DNA from: an uncultured virus (IMG/VR IMGVR_UViG_3300042396_000075)
Taxonomy: Duplodnaviria > Heunggongvirae > Uroviricota > Caudoviricetes
IMG/VR virus record: IMGVR_UViG_3300042396_000075
Length of the DNA: 20,000 nt
Reading direction: 5' to 3' (one strand)
Shown: positions 18,497 to 20,000 of the stretch, piece by piece
Position numbering within the stretch: position 1 is the first letter of the stretch
Layout of the letters: every line of letters begins with the position of its first letter
Made by a program: the position numbers and the translations under genes
The notes under the pieces: generated by a model
What the model saw: only the letters and a program-made list of their open reading frames with translations
Databases searched by the model: none
What the model was told of the DNA's origin: nothing

Positions 18497-18541
18497 AATT
18501 TGATATGAATGATATGATCTTTTTTAAGAAAGAATATTACA

Positions 18542-19771
18542 ATGGCTTTTAATAGTACAAATATTATTGCGGCTGATTTTACACTTCCGCGCACTGCAGT
18601 TGGAGATAATACTTCGGGTGGAAACCTTTCGCTTAATAAGCTTTGGCTCCCACTTTGGTCTGGCGAAGTAATCAATGCATATGATCAATTCAATATGTTT
18701 GAAAACATGATTACTAACAAGACTCTTACTGGTGGATACTCATGGGAATTCCCAATTACGGGTACTGTTGGTTTGAATGCATCGTGGAATGCTGGTATTG
18801 AACTTGGTGGTTTTAGTGGTACAACAAACTCATCTGCTACCACTATCAAGGTTAATCTTGATAAGCGTCCTATGGCTGCTCACTTTGAAACCGACAATGT
18901 TGACTTGCTCGTTACTCAGTGGGATTACCGCTCTGAGCTGGCTCGTCAGGCTGGACTCACCCTTGCTAATACCCGTGATCGCCAGATTGTAATGGCACTT
19001 GTAGCAGCTGGTGCATTATCAGCTCAATCACAAGATCCTCGTGGTCTTGCAGCTGCTGCATTCCATGTACCATCCCAGATTAAAAATGCAGCAACTCCTG
19101 CAAATCTTCCAGCCGCAGCTACTGATACTGAAGGACTTCTTATTCTCCAAGCAATTGAGGATTACCTCGTTGTTTGTCAGGAGAATGATGTTGCTATTGG
19201 TAGCGTCTATTGCGCTGTCACTCCAAAGGTCTTCCAAGTTATTCGTTCGCTTGGTATTCCAAGAAGCCCACTTATCAACTCCAATAGTGCTTATATTAAT
19301 ACCCCACTCTTCACTGGTAGTGATGATTACGGTGCTGGTGCTCCAATTTCACAGGGCATGAATATGATGACTGACAGCCTTGATTACATGGGTGTCAAGA
19401 TTGTTAAGACTAATCATATTCCAAAGATTGATCACTCAGCTGCTGCTAATGCAATTGGTGCTGCTAAGTATAACCTCAATACTGGCACTTTTGGTATTTA
19501 TGGTATTCTCTTCCAAGCAGAAGCAGTTGCTGGTCTTTCTCTTATGGGCATGAAGGTTGACACCGTGCAGGATGTTCGCCGCAATACTCAGTTCACCGTA
19601 GGCAGTATGCTTAAGGGTACTGGCGTAATTAAGCCTGAGATGGTCAAGCTTATTACTGCTGGTGCAACTGCAAATAGTGCTGATACTCGTGCATTAGTCC
19701 GTGGTCTATTAGCAACTACCATTGATAACTTTACTGATGGATTTGCTGCTGAATATAAGTCTACTACCTAA
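18542..19771 (+). CDS. Major capsid protein (T7 gp10-like)
   Basis: L.L.LWSGEV..AY, G.S..FP.TG, DYRSELARQAG..LA...DR motifs; follows scaffold and precedes terminator and gp11-like gene. Confidence 0.95.
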   Translation: MAFNSTNIIAADFTLPRTAVGDNTSGGNLSLNKLWLPLWSGEVINAYDQFNMFENMITNKTLTGGYSWEFPITGTVGLNASWNAGIELGGFSGTTNSSATTIKVNLDKRPMAAHFETDNVDLLVTQWDYRSELARQAGLTLANTRDRQIVMALVAAGALSAQSQDPRGLAAAAFHVPSQIKNAATPANLPAAATDTEGLLILQAIEDYLVVCQENDVAIGSVYCAVTPKVFQVIRSLGIPRSPLINSNSAYINTPLFTGSDDYGAGAPISQGMNMMTDSLDYMGVKIVKTNHIPKIDHSAAANAIGAAKYNLNTGTFGIYGILFQAEAVAGLSLMGMKVDTVQDVRRNTQFTVGSMLKGTGVIKPEMVKLITAGATANSADTRALVRGLLATTIDNFTDGFAAEYKSTT

Positions 19772-19821
19772 TGATTACTCTTCTCCTTCATAACAAGTTT
19801 CTATTATTAGTACTAGTTTGA
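19771..19821 (+). CDS. Possible 16-aa hydrophobic mini-ORF
   Basis: MITLLLHNKFLLLVLV, ATG overlaps capsid stop as TAATG; may be chance. Confidence 0.2.
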   Translation: MITLLLHNKFLLLVLV

Positions 19822-19842
19822 ATCGGAGGTGATCGTTTATCT

Positions 19843-19880
19843 ACCCCCGGCTCCCTTAAGTGGGAGTCGGTGGGTTTTTT
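19843..19880 (+). terminator. Rho-independent terminator after capsid gene (position of T7 Tphi)
   Basis: ACCC-CCGGCTCCC / loop TTAAGT / GGGAGTCGG-T-GGGT followed by a T run (19875-19880). Confidence 0.9.
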
Positions 19881-19902
19881 CTAACAACTAAAGGAGGCTA
19901 CT

Positions 19903-20000
19903 ATGGGCTTAATAACTAAGCTACAGGCAATTAATCATATGCTACTGGCTTCAGGTGAGAACCTTGTAGCTGACCTTGAAGGTGAGTCGGGTATTGATAC
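19903..20000 (+). CDS. Tail tubular protein A (T7 gp11-like), 3'-truncated
   Basis: AAGGAGG RBS at 19891-19897; MGLITKLQAINHMLLASGENLVADLEGESGID matches the gp11 N-terminal T.L.A.N..L...GE pattern and position. Confidence 0.85.
   Translation, partial: MGLITKLQAINHMLLASGENLVADLEGESGID

Larger units (their letters stand above)
1..20000 (+). mobile_element. T7-like podovirus genome segment (replication + head morphogenesis modules)
   Basis: Single-strand, tightly packed gene order helicase-PolA-exonuclease ... portal ... scaffold-capsid-terminator-tail tubular A, each with T7-family motifs; no host genes or integrase in the window. Confidence 0.96.

Noticed and set aside
18469..18518. Sigma70 promoter for the capsid gene (TTGAGA/TACAAT, TTGTCT/TATGAT)
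   Set aside because: Spacers are 11 and 19 nt; not supportable. No repeated phage-RNAP promoter was recognisable either.
412..18675. Minus-strand and nested alternate-frame ORFs in the track
   Set aside because: All overlap well-supported + strand genes or the capsid leader, show no motifs, and read as shadow frames.
19740..19835. T7 10B-like frameshift extension of the capsid protein
   Set aside because: Both alternative frames hit stops close to the capsid end and no slippery site is evident; the in-frame stop is TAA TGA.
1..20000. Stop-codon reassignment (no called gene appears to end in TAG)
   Set aside because: All core genes are full length under code 11 with no in-frame TAG, so nothing supports recoding.

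Overview
The whole window is a segment of a T7-like (Autographiviridae-type podovirus) phage genome, with all credible genes on the + strand. Left half (1-7546) is a replication/nucleotide module: primase-helicase (5'-truncated), family A DNA polymerase, DUF4406-like protein, a probable permuted papain-like hydrolase, dNMP-kinase-like P-loop protein, gp6-like exonuclease, dUTPase and class II (B12) ribonucleotide reductase. Right half is morphogenesis: small pre-portal genes, portal, a ~6.8 kb block of fibre/adhesin and small basic genes, scaffold, major capsid, terminator and the start of tail tubular protein A. Most notable: (i) the block between portal and scaffold encodes a 1352-aa tandemly duplicated protein with RcGTA head-spike-fibre-like motifs, suggesting a capsid-fibre module; (ii) a multi-stem, possibly pseudoknotted RNA fills the leader of the capsid gene; (iii) the capsid 3' region holds an orphan 10-nt Shine-Dalgarno folded into a stem plus a mini-ORF; (iv) GGCC and CCWGG are almost completely avoided. 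All calls come from motif recognition by eye; no searches were run.
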